Positions 18,616 through 28,400 of a stretch of 40,848 nt of DNA are shown one piece after another. A program made the position numbers and the translations under genes. Source of the DNA: an uncultured archaeon (lineage in GTDB: Archaea; Asgardarchaeota; Thorarchaeia; Thorarchaeales; Thorarchaeaceae); assembly GCA_964558645.1 (NCBI GenBank), contig CAZLEV010000022.1, forward strand, positions 1-40,848. The letters are read 5' to 3'. Numbering within the stretch: the stretch's first letter is position 1; every line of letters begins with the position of its first letter. The notes below the pieces were generated by a model. It was not told the DNA's origin. It worked only from the letters and a program-made list of their open reading frames with translations, and searched no databases.

Positions 18616-19920
18616 TTACAAAACTTCTCTAGACATCTTGAATGAAAGGACATAGCGTGTGCCGAGAATGACTTCCTGTTCCACGTAGTCTTCCACATCT
18701 ATGCCAATGCCGCACAATGGAGCAAGACCTCTGATAAGAATGAGGCCAAGTCCTGCATCGTGGGAAAGCGCGCGTTCTAGGGGGGCCTCAGTCTTGATGA
18801 ACTGCTTTGCCTGTTCAGACATTCCACCAGCATCGTCAGAGAGCACCAGTTCCCTTTCATCGTCTGACAGTACAAGCTCTACGCTCATGTTAGACCCTCC
18901 ATGCTTGAAGGCATTATCGAGAATGTTCCACAACAGCTCTCTCACAATTGTGTTGCTCAAAGCCATGGTCTTCGGGGGAACAGATACAACTATCTGATTA
19001 TCATCAAGATCGTATTCTCGAATCACATTCCTTCTCACACGTTGGATTATCTCTTCAATGTCAACTAGAACTAGTCTTGCCTTGAAAGAAGTCAGTTCTA
19101 TCGAGGCCTTTCTCATCTCTTCCAGAAACTCGCTTGCGTCTTCGAGGCTTTCTGAGGCAATCTTGCGCCATTGTTCGCCGTCTTCAGATTCCTGTCCAGC
19201 AAGATTGACCGCATTGGAGGCTATGTGGAGATAGTTGCGTATGTCATGTTGCAAGATCCCTGCTGTCAGTTTTCCGATTGCATGGAGTGACTCAAGTCGG
19301 TTAGTGGTGATACGTATAAGCAGGCTCAGGAGCCCCGTTCCGATTGTAATGAGCGCTGTAGCCTGAAGGAGGGCATAGAGATTCAAGATGGGATAGAAAT
19401 TCGAGATTGGGAATACAAACGATGAGAATGCCAGGAGAACAAAGCCTACAGCAGTACCGTATGCGGCAAGGCCTGCCTTGAAATCAACTTCAATGGGCTG
19501 CTTAGCAGATATTATACAGACGCATCCAAGATAAATCTGAATAGGAGTGAAAGCCTGACTGAGTGTCAATCCCATGAACAGTGATAATATTCCCCATAGT
19601 GCAGCAATCGCAGTGACGATTACGTAACGACGTGATTTCTGTGCATTCCATATCACACCTCGTGATCCGTCTAGAATCATGGTGGTCCCCACGACACAGC
19701 CCACTAATACAATCGCTAAGCCGAGATTGACGATCTCAGAGATGAGGATAGCCCCCACGAAGGACGAAGTGGTATAGATACTCCAACCAAGGGTCCATAG
19801 TCTGAGACTAGTATCTTTGGAATACTTGAGGAGTAGTATCGTGACAAGAACAATGAATGCTACCGTTGCCTCTATGAGGACTATGTCTATCGGGTTAGTT
19901 CCCAGCCAGTACTGCATCAA
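18616..19920 (-). CDS. Membrane sensor histidine kinase (about 7 TM)
   Basis: H-box QHDIRNY, N-box LWNILDNAF, G1 SDDAGGM, G2 AGLGL; multi-TM N-terminus. Confidence 0.88.
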   Translation of the reverse strand: MMQYWLGTNPIDIVLIEATVAFIVLVTILLLKYSKDTSLRLWTLGWSIYTTSSFVGAILISEIVNLGLAIVLVGCVVGTTMILDGSRGVIWNAQKSRRYVIVTAIAALWGILSLFMGLTLSQAFTPIQIYLGCVCIISAKQPIEVDFKAGLAAYGTAVGFVLLAFSSFVFPISNFYPILNLYALLQATALITIGTGLLSLLIRITTNRLESLHAIGKLTAGILQHDIRNYLHIASNAVNLAGQESEDGEQWRKIASESLEDASEFLEEMRKASIELTSFKARLVLVDIEEIIQRVRRNVIREYDLDDNQIVVSVPPKTMALSNTIVRELLWNILDNAFKHGGSNMSVELVLSDDERELVLSDDAGGMSEQAKQFIKTEAPLERALSHDAGLGLILIRGLAPLCGIGIDVEDYVEQEVILGTRYVLSFKMSREVL

Positions 19921-20093
19921 GCTTAACGGTCCCCTTCAAGGTTTAATTATCAAAATTGATTCTTGCAAAGACTATGTGGGTGGAAAATGCATTTGGATTG
20001 AATTCCTCGGTCATCGCCTTCACCAAAGCGGATTTCGACATTTCTCCGTCCGCGCTCCCAGTTCCGTTTATAGGTTCGCATATATCCATCGGT

Positions 20094-20576
20094 CTACCAC
20101 TCAATTGGCTCGAGATGTCTTCTGCCGAGTCGATTCTCCCGTCTTTCTTTTGCCATTGCATAGTTTCTCTTGTCCTCCTCGCTCTCTAAGATGAGACGAG
20201 GTACTTCTCTTGGCTCACCTTTGTCATCCATGGCGACATATGTGATGAATGCCCTGCAGGTCTTGCTGGTTTCTGCGGTGAATGGATTTTCAGAAGTAAC
20301 TCTGACCTCCACCTCCATAGATGAGTGACCAACGTAGTTCATCCAAGCTTCAAGATTGACAATATCCTGCTGATGAATCGGATTGAGAAAGCTGAGTGAG
20401 TCGATGGAAGCAGTGACCACGGGAGAGCGGCAGTGCCTCTTTGCAACAACACCACCGATTGCATCTATCCAGTCGAGTAACCTTCCGCCATATAGTGTAC
20501 CATTATTGTTGACATCGTTTGGATAGACGACTTGCGTTGTTGTAGTTCGCGATTCGGAGACCTTCTTTGCCTTCAT
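20094..20576 (-). CDS. Hotdog-fold acyl-CoA thioesterase (YciA-like)
   Basis: PNDVNNNGTLYGGRLLDWID, VVTASID, VGHSSMEV. Confidence 0.93.
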   Translation of the reverse strand: MKAKKVSESRTTTTQVVYPNDVNNNGTLYGGRLLDWIDAIGGVVAKRHCRSPVVTASIDSLSFLNPIHQQDIVNLEAWMNYVGHSSMEVEVRVTSENPFTAETSKTCRAFITYVAMDDKGEPREVPRLILESEEDKRNYAMAKERRENRLGRRHLEPIEW

Positions 20577-20790
20577 TCAATCACGCTCAAGTGTTATCCA
20601 ACCTTTGAAAGCAGGATGTAATTATAATATATGTCCCTTGCATTGTGGCCCGCAGATGATTGTTGATGACTGGCCCAAACGCCCTCAGCATAGACTATTC
20701 CATCAGACTTCTTGTCCATTAGAATACGGGCTCTTACAATGTGTTTTCAGTTCGAAAATACCTATAATGGTCCAAGAGAATGGTTCTCGT

Positions 20791-21357
20791 ATGGAGATTC
20801 TTCAGTACATTGCAGGCAGGTACAGCCCGCCAATGATCGACGGTCGACCTGTAGAACAGGACAAGATCGACGCCATCTTTGAAGCCGCACGCAAAGCACC
20901 ATCATGCTACAATAATCAACCATGGCGATTTGTTGTTGTGAGGAAGGGCGGCGATACCCGACAAGCGCTTGAGAAAGCACTTTCTCGGGGTAACGGATGG
21001 GCAAAGAAAGCCGCACTGTTGGTGGCGGTCACAGCAAGACCTAGCTCGGACTGTGATAAGAACGACATTCCATACTATGCATACGACGCAGGGATGAGCG
21101 TCATGAGCCTGGCGATTGAGGCCGAACACCAAGGCCTGAAGAGTCACCAAATGGCAGGATATCGGGAGAATGAGGTCAAGGCCGCGCTCCGAATCCCGGA
21201 TAGCTTTCGCGTGGTCGCCCTCATTGCGATTGGCTATGAAGGAGATGTCGAGAAGCTATCCGACAGAATTCTAGCAAAAGGCAAAGAGGTAATTACCAAA
21301 TCAAGCGAAAGGCACGAAATCGATGAAATCCTCTTCTACGGTCGTTATCCCGAATAG
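20791..21357 (+). CDS. Nitroreductase family protein
   Basis: APSCYNNQPWRF, YDAG, HQMAGY, ALIAIGY. Start set at MEILQYIAGRYSP. Confidence 0.9.
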   Translation: MEILQYIAGRYSPPMIDGRPVEQDKIDAIFEAARKAPSCYNNQPWRFVVVRKGGDTRQALEKALSRGNGWAKKAALLVAVTARPSSDCDKNDIPYYAYDAGMSVMSLAIEAEHQGLKSHQMAGYRENEVKAALRIPDSFRVVALIAIGYEGDVEKLSDRILAKGKEVITKSSERHEIDEILFYGRYPE

Positions 21358-21515
21358 CAAACAGTGAAAGAATACAGAGGGCTTCCGGGCTTGGCTGATC
21401 TAATTCAGAATCCGCGGACATATCTCTCAGCAGCTCCCAATAATCAATCTTTATTGCTCAACTTGCACTAGGAAGTACAGGAAGCCTCTTCACTGGCAAG
21501 CAGAGATGTAGTATC

Positions 21516-21956
21516 ATGATTGAGCTAGACGAAATTGGTCTTGTGAAGAAGCACAATGAAGAGACCTTCATACTGCTTGAAGATGAGTACTGGGATGCAA
21601 CGCTGAACTTAGACAAGTTCTCCCACCTGATTGTGATTTGGTGGATTGATGGTCATGATAATCCTGAGAGTCGGGGCACTCTGGTCGTGACTCCGAAACC
21701 GGCCCGTGGTAACTCATCAGCCCGTTCAGGCGTCTTTGCATGTAGGTCTCCGGTCCGACCCAACCCCATAGGTCATTCTGTTGTGGCTCTCATAGGGATA
21801 CAGGACGAAGGAAGACGTATAGTCATCGACAGGATTGATGCCCGAGATGGGACTCCAGTCGTCGATATAAAACCCTACATGCCGACTTCAGACCGAGTTG
21901 ACGGTGCAAGAGTCCCTTCATGGTTCGAGGACTTGGAACCCCGCTACTATCATTGA
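21516..21956 (+). CDS. tsaA: TrmO/TsaA-like SAM-binding methyltransferase domain protein
   Basis: FSHLIVIWW, GVFACRSPVRPNPIG, DARDGTPVVDIKPY. Confidence 0.88.
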   Translation: MIELDEIGLVKKHNEETFILLEDEYWDATLNLDKFSHLIVIWWIDGHDNPESRGTLVVTPKPARGNSSARSGVFACRSPVRPNPIGHSVVALIGIQDEGRRIVIDRIDARDGTPVVDIKPYMPTSDRVDGARVPSWFEDLEPRYYH

Positions 21957-22011
21957 ACAGCGAGGTCCTCTTGCAAAACTCTTTTGAGCTATGGATTTTG
22001 ATGACTGAAAC

Positions 22012-22929
22012 GTGCTTGAGATGCAGACGATAGACTTCTTCCAATCGTTCGTGGAATACATCCGAGGTTTTCTTTCCCCTTACGGGCTGGGAGGGTATGC
22101 GGAATGGATAGCAATCTTGCCATTCCTGATTCTAATATACGTGATCTACCTTATCGTGGTCAGAAGTGTCAAGATATCAGCACAGAAGGTTGGAATGCCT
22201 CGAGAGGCAATGGGTGGAACTGTCTTCATTGTACGACTGATATTCTTTGTAATTGCTTTTCTGGCGGTATTATCTACCACAAACGTGGTTCTAGGCGAGG
22301 CAGCCATAGCCATATCGACGCTACTGGGTTCTGCTATCGGTCTTGCATCTTCCAGAGCACTGGGGAACCTAATTAGTGGGCTCTATGTGTTTGCCGCGCG
22401 CCCGTTCCGAGTGGGGGATTACGTCAAGATTGGCGACACTGAAGGAATCGTGCTGGAGATAACACTCAATTACACAAGGATCATGCAGCCTGATTACAAC
22501 CGAGCACTTGTACCTAATAACAAGGTTGTGGAGTCAGGAGTCACCAATTACCGGGTTCGTGTTGATGACTATCTCAAAGAACGTGGCGAGGAGTACCACC
22601 GGGAGATCTCATCGGAGAGCCGAATGGATGCAGCTATTGACCGTTTCAAGTACTTGACTAAAGGTGAGGAGATATACCGGTACAGCTTCGACGTCTACGT
22701 GCATATGTCATACGATATAGACGAGGTAAAGAGGACTTTCGATAGGCTCTGCACGGAGTGGGAAGATAGGTTTCTTCATCCTCCGGAGTACATCTATTTC
22801 AGCAATCAGAATTTCGGAGTTATATATCGATTCGCCATCATAGTGGATGAACCACGTCTTCTAATGACAATCGGTGGCGATTTTCAGACAGTCATTGCAG
22901 AGGGACTTCACCGCTTGAAGAACAGCTAA
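22012..22929 (+). CDS. MscS family mechanosensitive channel
   Basis: 3 TM helices, then AIGLA...NLISG...RPFRVGDYVKIG...G.V.EI...T...VPN. Confidence 0.88.
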   Translation: MLEMQTIDFFQSFVEYIRGFLSPYGLGGYAEWIAILPFLILIYVIYLIVVRSVKISAQKVGMPREAMGGTVFIVRLIFFVIAFLAVLSTTNVVLGEAAIAISTLLGSAIGLASSRALGNLISGLYVFAARPFRVGDYVKIGDTEGIVLEITLNYTRIMQPDYNRALVPNNKVVESGVTNYRVRVDDYLKERGEEYHREISSESRMDAAIDRFKYLTKGEEIYRYSFDVYVHMSYDIDEVKRTFDRLCTEWEDRFLHPPEYIYFSNQNFGVIYRFAIIVDEPRLLMTIGGDFQTVIAEGLHRLKNS

Positions 22930-23016
22930 GAACCAGACCTGCACTTCGGCCAGCTAATCTGAATGGAGCCTGTTTGCATTTGGAGGAGAGCGGAAGGGGA
23001 TATGTAGTCCTCTGAT

Positions 23017-23880
23017 CTATCGACGAAGCACTCGCTCTAAGAGAACGAGCCCTCTGGTTCGATCTATTGTCTGTTCGGGAATGAGGGTCGAGAAAAGCGC
23101 CGAGAATTCTGGTTGGTGGGTAATCATGGCGCTAGCATAGCCATTCTTCATCCCGTGTGTGATGTGGAACTTGACATGCCTGCAGAAGTCGACATCGTCT
23201 AAGGCGTAGATGCTGAAACACCAAAGCACGTCATCATCCTCGTTTCTTTGCTTTCCCAGAGAGAGAGAAGGTCTTCCTCTGTGTTCCAACCAAAAGGAGT
23301 TTGACTGTGAGAGGACTCCAATTCCGTGCTCATCAGCTTCAATGGCCTTCCAATCGATGATGATAGTGCTCATTGGAAGGAGCGAGGGGTGCTCTCTGAT
23401 TGTGTGAATCATCTGGCTGGGTCCGACCATCTTCAGGTCCGGCGATGGCCCCACCTCAACCTCTTGTAAGGAAAACCAAGTCACACTCATCCGAAATCTC
23501 TCTTCCATGCCGATGTGATGTGCAAGCTTGAGGGATGCCTCGTTTGTAGTCGCGGTTGTGTAGCGTATCCGTTCGACTCCGAAATCTTCTGCGAGTCGTG
23601 CCAGATGTTCAGTGATTGTCCTAGCAAGTCCCTGTTCACGCCATTGAGGATGAGTCCGAAGCCCTTCAAACCAACCTGTGCGGCCACCATCGATGATGCG
23701 CAGATTGGCAAAACACACGACTTGGTCATTGGCCTCTATGGCTTGTGGGTGCGAATCCGGGTCGTCGAGCCAGTCATGGAAGGTTGAGGGAACATAGTCG
23801 TGGCCACCCCATACCTGTCTGCCAATCTCTATGACATCCTGTTCGTCCTCTTCTGTAAGAGGCCTGATGACTTCATTCAA
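23017..23880 (-). CDS. GNAT family N-acetyltransferase
   Basis: FEGLRTHPQWREQGLAR acetyl-CoA motif and NEASLKLA. Lies 30 nt downstream of eutA. Confidence 0.88.
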   Translation of the reverse strand: MNEVIRPLTEEDEQDVIEIGRQVWGGHDYVPSTFHDWLDDPDSHPQAIEANDQVVCFANLRIIDGGRTGWFEGLRTHPQWREQGLARTITEHLARLAEDFGVERIRYTTATTNEASLKLAHHIGMEERFRMSVTWFSLQEVEVGPSPDLKMVGPSQMIHTIREHPSLLPMSTIIIDWKAIEADEHGIGVLSQSNSFWLEHRGRPSLSLGKQRNEDDDVLWCFSIYALDDVDFCRHVKFHITHGMKNGYASAMITHQPEFSALFSTLIPEQTIDRTRGLVLLERVLRR

Positions 23881-23910
23881 CTCATCTGAACTCCTTATGC
23901 AACTGATAGC

Positions 23911-25350
23911 CTAGTTCGTGTCAAAGACGAGGGTCTTGACGACAACCGGGACTACGACACCTTCGATAATGGGCTCCCCTATATCAACAAAGTCCCCCTC
24001 TCTAAGAGGAATCTCATCGATGGACAGAATCTCATTTCTTACTCCGGTCTCACGTTTCATCACGTTTCCCACACTGTTTCCAACATCAGTGTCAAAGCAC
24101 ATCAGAATCGGTCGGCCACTGCCTATGGTCCTAGGAAGTGCCCCTATGACCCCCTTGGAGAACTCCGTGAGCCGTTCATATGAGGGACGAACAGCGTCCC
24201 GAAAGGCGAGGATGAGGTCATCCTGCCCCTCGAGCAAGTCGAACCGAGTGAGTGCATCACGAATTGCATTCGTGACAGATGCAGCACTACCGTTATTCCT
24301 GGGTATCTGCGGGACAATGACAGGAACATTGCGAAGGGGATAGCTAAGGCCCGATGAAAGAAATGTCGTGGAGCCACTCACCTGAAGACTGCACTGACCT
24401 GCGCCTATGACAGTGGCACGTATCCGGTGTTCAGGTCTATCCAATCTGAATCCAATAGACGAGACCTTAGAGTTGATGGCAGCAGCAAGGGAGCGCCCAA
24501 GGTCTCCGAAACTACGGGTCTCTTCACCGTAGATGAACTCGGCAACACCACCTGAGAAGGTCACAACATGAATGGCTTCGAGTTTCTTCAGGGATTCTGT
24601 CAACATGAGAAGTTTCCCCACGGGGCCAATGGTACTCCCTCTCATCGCCTCAAGAAGTGCTGACGCCAAAGCATCGGCAATGAGCCGCTTTTCGCTTTCC
24701 TTAATCACTCCCCCTAGCCTCAGATTGAGGCCCATGAGCTGCGCAACAGCTCGGCCTGTATCCTCGAGCCTTGTGATGATATTCTCCCTATCAAAGGCCA
24801 CGAGACGACCTCCGACATTTATGGCAGAGGTGTCGATGACTCGCCCGTGTGAGCATATCGCGATATTGGATGACCCCCCTCCTATATCGACGTTCATCAC
24901 GGTCTCCCCTGTTCTCTCCGATCTTGATACAGCTCCAGATCCATGAGCAGCCAGTACGGCCTCGAAGTTCGGGCCAGCCGTTGCTGACACGAATTTGCCA
25001 GTCTCCCCCGCGAGGGCATTGACTATCTCCGCTGCGTTCTGCTTCTTCGCTGTCTCCCCGGTGACGATGACTGCACCTGTGTCGATGTCTGTGACCTCAA
25101 AGCCTCCGAGTTGGTAGTCCGTGAGGAGCAGATCCTCCAATCTCTCAAAATCGATAGTATAGGGATCTGAGAATGGAGTCAGGTGGATTCTGCCAGAGTG
25201 GAGCACCTCTCTATCGGCGACCCCAAACTTCTCGCTGCGACTCATCGGGTCCTTTTCCAGCGTGATTCGACTGAAAACCACATGAGATGTGGATGAACCG
25301 ATATCAACGCCGACGCTGATGAGCTCCTTTCTGTCTGTTTTGACGAACAA
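23911..25350 (-). CDS. eutA: EutA-like ethanolamine ammonia-lyase reactivating factor (ASKHA/actin-like ATPase)
   Basis: SVGVDIGSSTSH, TGAVIVTGETAKKQNA, FVSATAGPNFEAVLAAHGSGA, NVDIGGGSSN, FSGGVAE, IRATVIGAG, PVVVKTLVF. TTG start at 25350 after SD AGGTGG. Confidence 0.9.
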   Translation of the reverse strand: MFVKTDRKELISVGVDIGSSTSHVVFSRITLEKDPMSRSEKFGVADREVLHSGRIHLTPFSDPYTIDFERLEDLLLTDYQLGGFEVTDIDTGAVIVTGETAKKQNAAEIVNALAGETGKFVSATAGPNFEAVLAAHGSGAVSRSERTGETVMNVDIGGGSSNIAICSHGRVIDTSAINVGGRLVAFDRENIITRLEDTGRAVAQLMGLNLRLGGVIKESEKRLIADALASALLEAMRGSTIGPVGKLLMLTESLKKLEAIHVVTFSGGVAEFIYGEETRSFGDLGRSLAAAINSKVSSIGFRLDRPEHRIRATVIGAGQCSLQVSGSTTFLSSGLSYPLRNVPVIVPQIPRNNGSAASVTNAIRDALTRFDLLEGQDDLILAFRDAVRPSYERLTEFSKGVIGALPRTIGSGRPILMCFDTDVGNSVGNVMKRETGVRNEILSIDEIPLREGDFVDIGEPIIEGVVVPVVVKTLVFDTN

Positions 25351-25481
25351 CGCAGTGCCACCTATTGGTGAGGCCAAGGCGCTGGCCAAGTGCCTTTTAG
25401 GTTTATCATTGCGACACTGGTGGCGCTTCAAGGATTAGCAGGGGTACAGGGAGTGCCTGAACACCCCCCATTTGTCCTGGC

Positions 25482-28400
25482 CTATCCTCTTCTCCTCTTC
25501 ATGATGAGGACAATCAACACCACTACGACTGCCCCTGCCCCACCGATGACTAGCAAGAGGACCAGGGGCGAGAACTCGTTGGGCGGAGATGATGTGGTTA
25601 TCGAAGTGGATGTGGTAGTGGTTGTCGTGGTAGACGTGGTTGCCCCGGGATAGTCACTGGCATCAAGCGGGTTGGTCCCAGCTATCACTTCGATTCCATC
25701 GAGATACGAGTCTGCGTCAGAGTCGTCGTCTAATGGATCGGTGCCGATCTTCACCTCGAAAGCGTCGTTGAGGTTGTCACAGTCGGTGTCGATACACTGT
25801 ATGTCCGTGCCGAGCGCGATCTCATCGAGGTCGTCAAGACCGTCGTAGTCAGTATCTCCTACGGTTGCTCCTAACATATCGAGGACAGCGCGGATTTGCT
25901 CGATGTCACCAATATGGGTCGCATTGAGGGTGGCAAGCATGTCCGTGTTGTGAGTCACCAGAGCGGCAAGCAGGGACAGTTGGTCAGTGTTCGCATCGAC
26001 CGCATCCACGGTTGACAACAGCAGAGTCGCGTTGCCCTGCACATAGGTGAACAGGGTCTCTATTGCTGTGTGATTGCCATCAAGCCACGAGATCACTTGC
26101 TGAAGCAAGGTTGCATTGGCATTCAGATTATCCATGATTGTCTGCAGTAGCGTGGCATTACCGTCAGACCAAGAGATGAGATTCTGAATCAGCGTCGCAT
26201 TGCCATCGAGGTCCTCGTAGATGGATTGGTACCACGCTGCCGGCATGGCCGGATAGGACATCGGGTCCAGAGGATCTGAGCCATAGGCCACCTCGTAACC
26301 GTCCAGGAAGTTGTCGTTGTCAGAATCAATCCAATCAGGGTCTGTTCCCAACATGGATTCCCACGAGTCGCAGAGACCGTCCTTATCCGAATCCAATCCC
26401 ATTACCCAGATGAAGCTGTCGTAATCCCCATTGTATGTTGGATCAAGCGCGAGCTCCGCAGGGAAGTCGTTAGAATTCGTATAGCCCGTCACATAGACCG
26501 TGTCGTCCATCATGTCGATACTCATCCCCATATCAAATCCTTCACCACCGATAAGAGTACTATAGGCCAAGGTCCTTCCAGAACTCGTCAGAAGGGTGAT
26601 AAAGCTCTCGTAGCCCGATCCAGTCATGGGTTCTTGGGTTAACGGAAAGTCCGTTGAATTCGTCTGACCGGTGATACAGACCCGACCATTCTCAACTGCG
26701 ATATCCTTAGCATAGTCCTCCGAAGTCCCTCCAAGCAAAGTACTATAGATTAAGCTTAATCCAGAAGTGGCTAGTTTTGTCACAAAGCACTCATGGTATC
26801 CATTATGTGTGGAGGAATATCCCGTTAATACGGGGAAGTTGGATGATTCCGTGGTCCCTGTGACGTACGCATATCCATCCTCAACTGCAATCCCATCGCA
26901 GCGCTCGTCACTATTGCCCCCAAGGAACGTGCTATAGACAAGGGACTGTCCATCAGTAGCAAACTTGGTCACAAAGCACTCTGCTATGCCATCAATCGAA
27001 CCGTCATATTCGTTGACTAAGGGGAATGTACTCGATAGGGTGCGACCAGTGACATAGACAGATGCGTCCTCCACCGCGATGGCGAAACAATAGTCGTAGG
27101 AATGCCCCCCAAGGAACGTGCTATAGATGAGTGACTGCCCGTCAGTAGCAAACTTCGTCACGAAGCAGTCCCTGTTCCCACCGTAAGTATCGTCGTAGGC
27201 ATTGATAGTCGGAAAGCTAGAGGACTCCGTGTAGCCAGCCACATATGCATGGCCATCCTCCACTGCGATCCCTCGGGCATAATCGTACGATGGACCTCCT
27301 AGAAAGGTGCTGTATACTAAAGTGCTTCCAGCAAGACCGAGCTTTGTGACGAAGCAATCAATGCTGGCATTGTATGTCGAGTCATAGGCATTATAGGTTG
27401 GGAAGTCTGAGGATTCAGTCTGACCAGTTAGATAGACATACCCATCTTCCACGGACATGTCCCAGGGGGTCTCACTTTCAGTCCCACCTAAAAAGGTGCT
27501 GTAGAGAATCGTCCTGCAGTCGAAGGAAAGCTTGACGATGTATACGTCATAATTCCCGTTGTGAGTAGAATCAAATGCATTCATGGTCGGAAAGTCTGGA
27601 GACAATGTCTGACCACTTACATATGTGTATCCATCTTCCACAGCTATACTGTAGCCTAGGTCATCGAGTGAATTGCCAAGATAGCTACTGTATTGTAAGT
27701 CATAGTTTAGTCCAGGATAATGATAGGGGTCTAGCGGGTCTGTGCCACTATCAATCTCATACCCATCAAGATAGTTGTCGCCATCTGAATCTACACAATA
27801 CGGGTCGGTTGAGTAGATGTACTCCTCTTCCCAATCGGTAAGTCCATCTGAATCGCTATCTCCCTCATCGCTCAGAATCGATACGAAGCAATCTTCGCCA
27901 GCGTAGTCTGAGTCAAGAGCATTGACTGTGGGAAAACCTGTTGATGCTGTATTTCCAGTGACATAGGCATAGCCATTCTCAACTGCAATTCCATTTCCTA
28001 CATCGTTGCTAGTCCCACCGAGAAAGGTGCTGTACACCAAAGACTGGCCATCAGTCGCCAGCTTCGTCACGAAACAGTCATGATTTCCATTGTGGGTTTC
28101 GTCAAAAGCATTGACGACAGGGAAATTTGTCGAAATCGTACTCCCGGTGACATAGGAATAACCATCCTCCACTGCAATATCATATGCAAAGTCCCAACTG
28201 GTCGAACCCAGAAATGTCGAGTATGATAGGAGTACAGGATCGATTATCAGCTCGATTGACTGATCATAGTCATTCAAATTGAAACCGATATGTCTTTCTG
28301 TATTGCTGGAGAACCCGCAGCCCACTGTGATTTCGCCATTATTTTGGAACACCTCCAGCCCAGAGTCTGATATTCTCTGACCATGTCGGGTTACTATTAC

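Noticed and set aside
23570-23582. tRNA T-loop-like GTTCGACTCC
   Set aside because: Lies inside the GNAT CDS and no cloverleaf can be built.
26400-28240. CRISPR array or DGR template/variable repeats
   Set aside because: These are in-frame 63-aa protein repeats. Differences are not restricted to adenines, and no reverse transcriptase or cas gene is present.
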